Part shown: in pieces, positions 63,979-64,000 of the stretch | Numbering within the stretch: position 1 is the first letter of the stretch | How the letters are laid out: each line of letters opens with the position of its first letter | Assembly (NCBI RefSeq): GCF_006345805.1 | Contig: NC_042998.1 | Coordinates: 168,950,001 to 169,014,000, forward strand | DNA: 64,000 bases | Reading direction: 5' to 3' | Origin: Octopus sinensis | Taxonomy: Eukaryota | Notes under the pieces: model-generated | Database searches by the model: none | The model's input: only the letters and a program-made list of their open reading frames with translations | What the model was told of the DNA's origin: nothing | Translations under genes and position numbers: made by a program

Positions 63979-64000
63979 GTGTGTGTGTTTTCATCAGATC

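Overview
AT-rich eukaryotic DNA, most likely an octopus or other coleoid cephalopod. That assignment is an inference from the tRNA-headed SINE families, extreme (TA)n/(TG)n/(TAA)n/(GATA)n/(CATA)n density and the K02A2.6-type Gypsy. No intact host gene could be supported; the window reads as intergenic or intronic, and nearly every ORF in the supplied track is a microsatellite translation. Recognisable content includes: an internally deleted Ty3/Gypsy element (gag, protease, integrase, PPT, LTR, no RT/RNase H); three restriction-like-endonuclease non-LTR fragments (two R4/Dong-type sitting in (TAA)n, one CRE-type); several Penelope-like remnants; CR1-group LINE remnants; mariner, pogo/Tigger and hAT derivatives; two Helitrons; and dozens of SINE copies. 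The most interesting signals are: (i) a set of type I hammerhead ribozymes, two with fully canonical cores (15522-15566, 28448-28493), inside rearranged non-coding inverted/direct-repeat units; (ii) a ~557-bp non-coding (TAA)n-anchored element followed by an R4/Dong 3' fragment at two independent loci; (iii) a hairpin-dense GC-rich island overlapping an unrecognised ORF at 34.2-34.7 kb; (iv) several long foldback palindromes; (v) a TIR element carrying a tRNA-like Pol III promoter. Family names come from recalled motifs, not database searches. Coordinates were counted by hand and may be off by a few bases.
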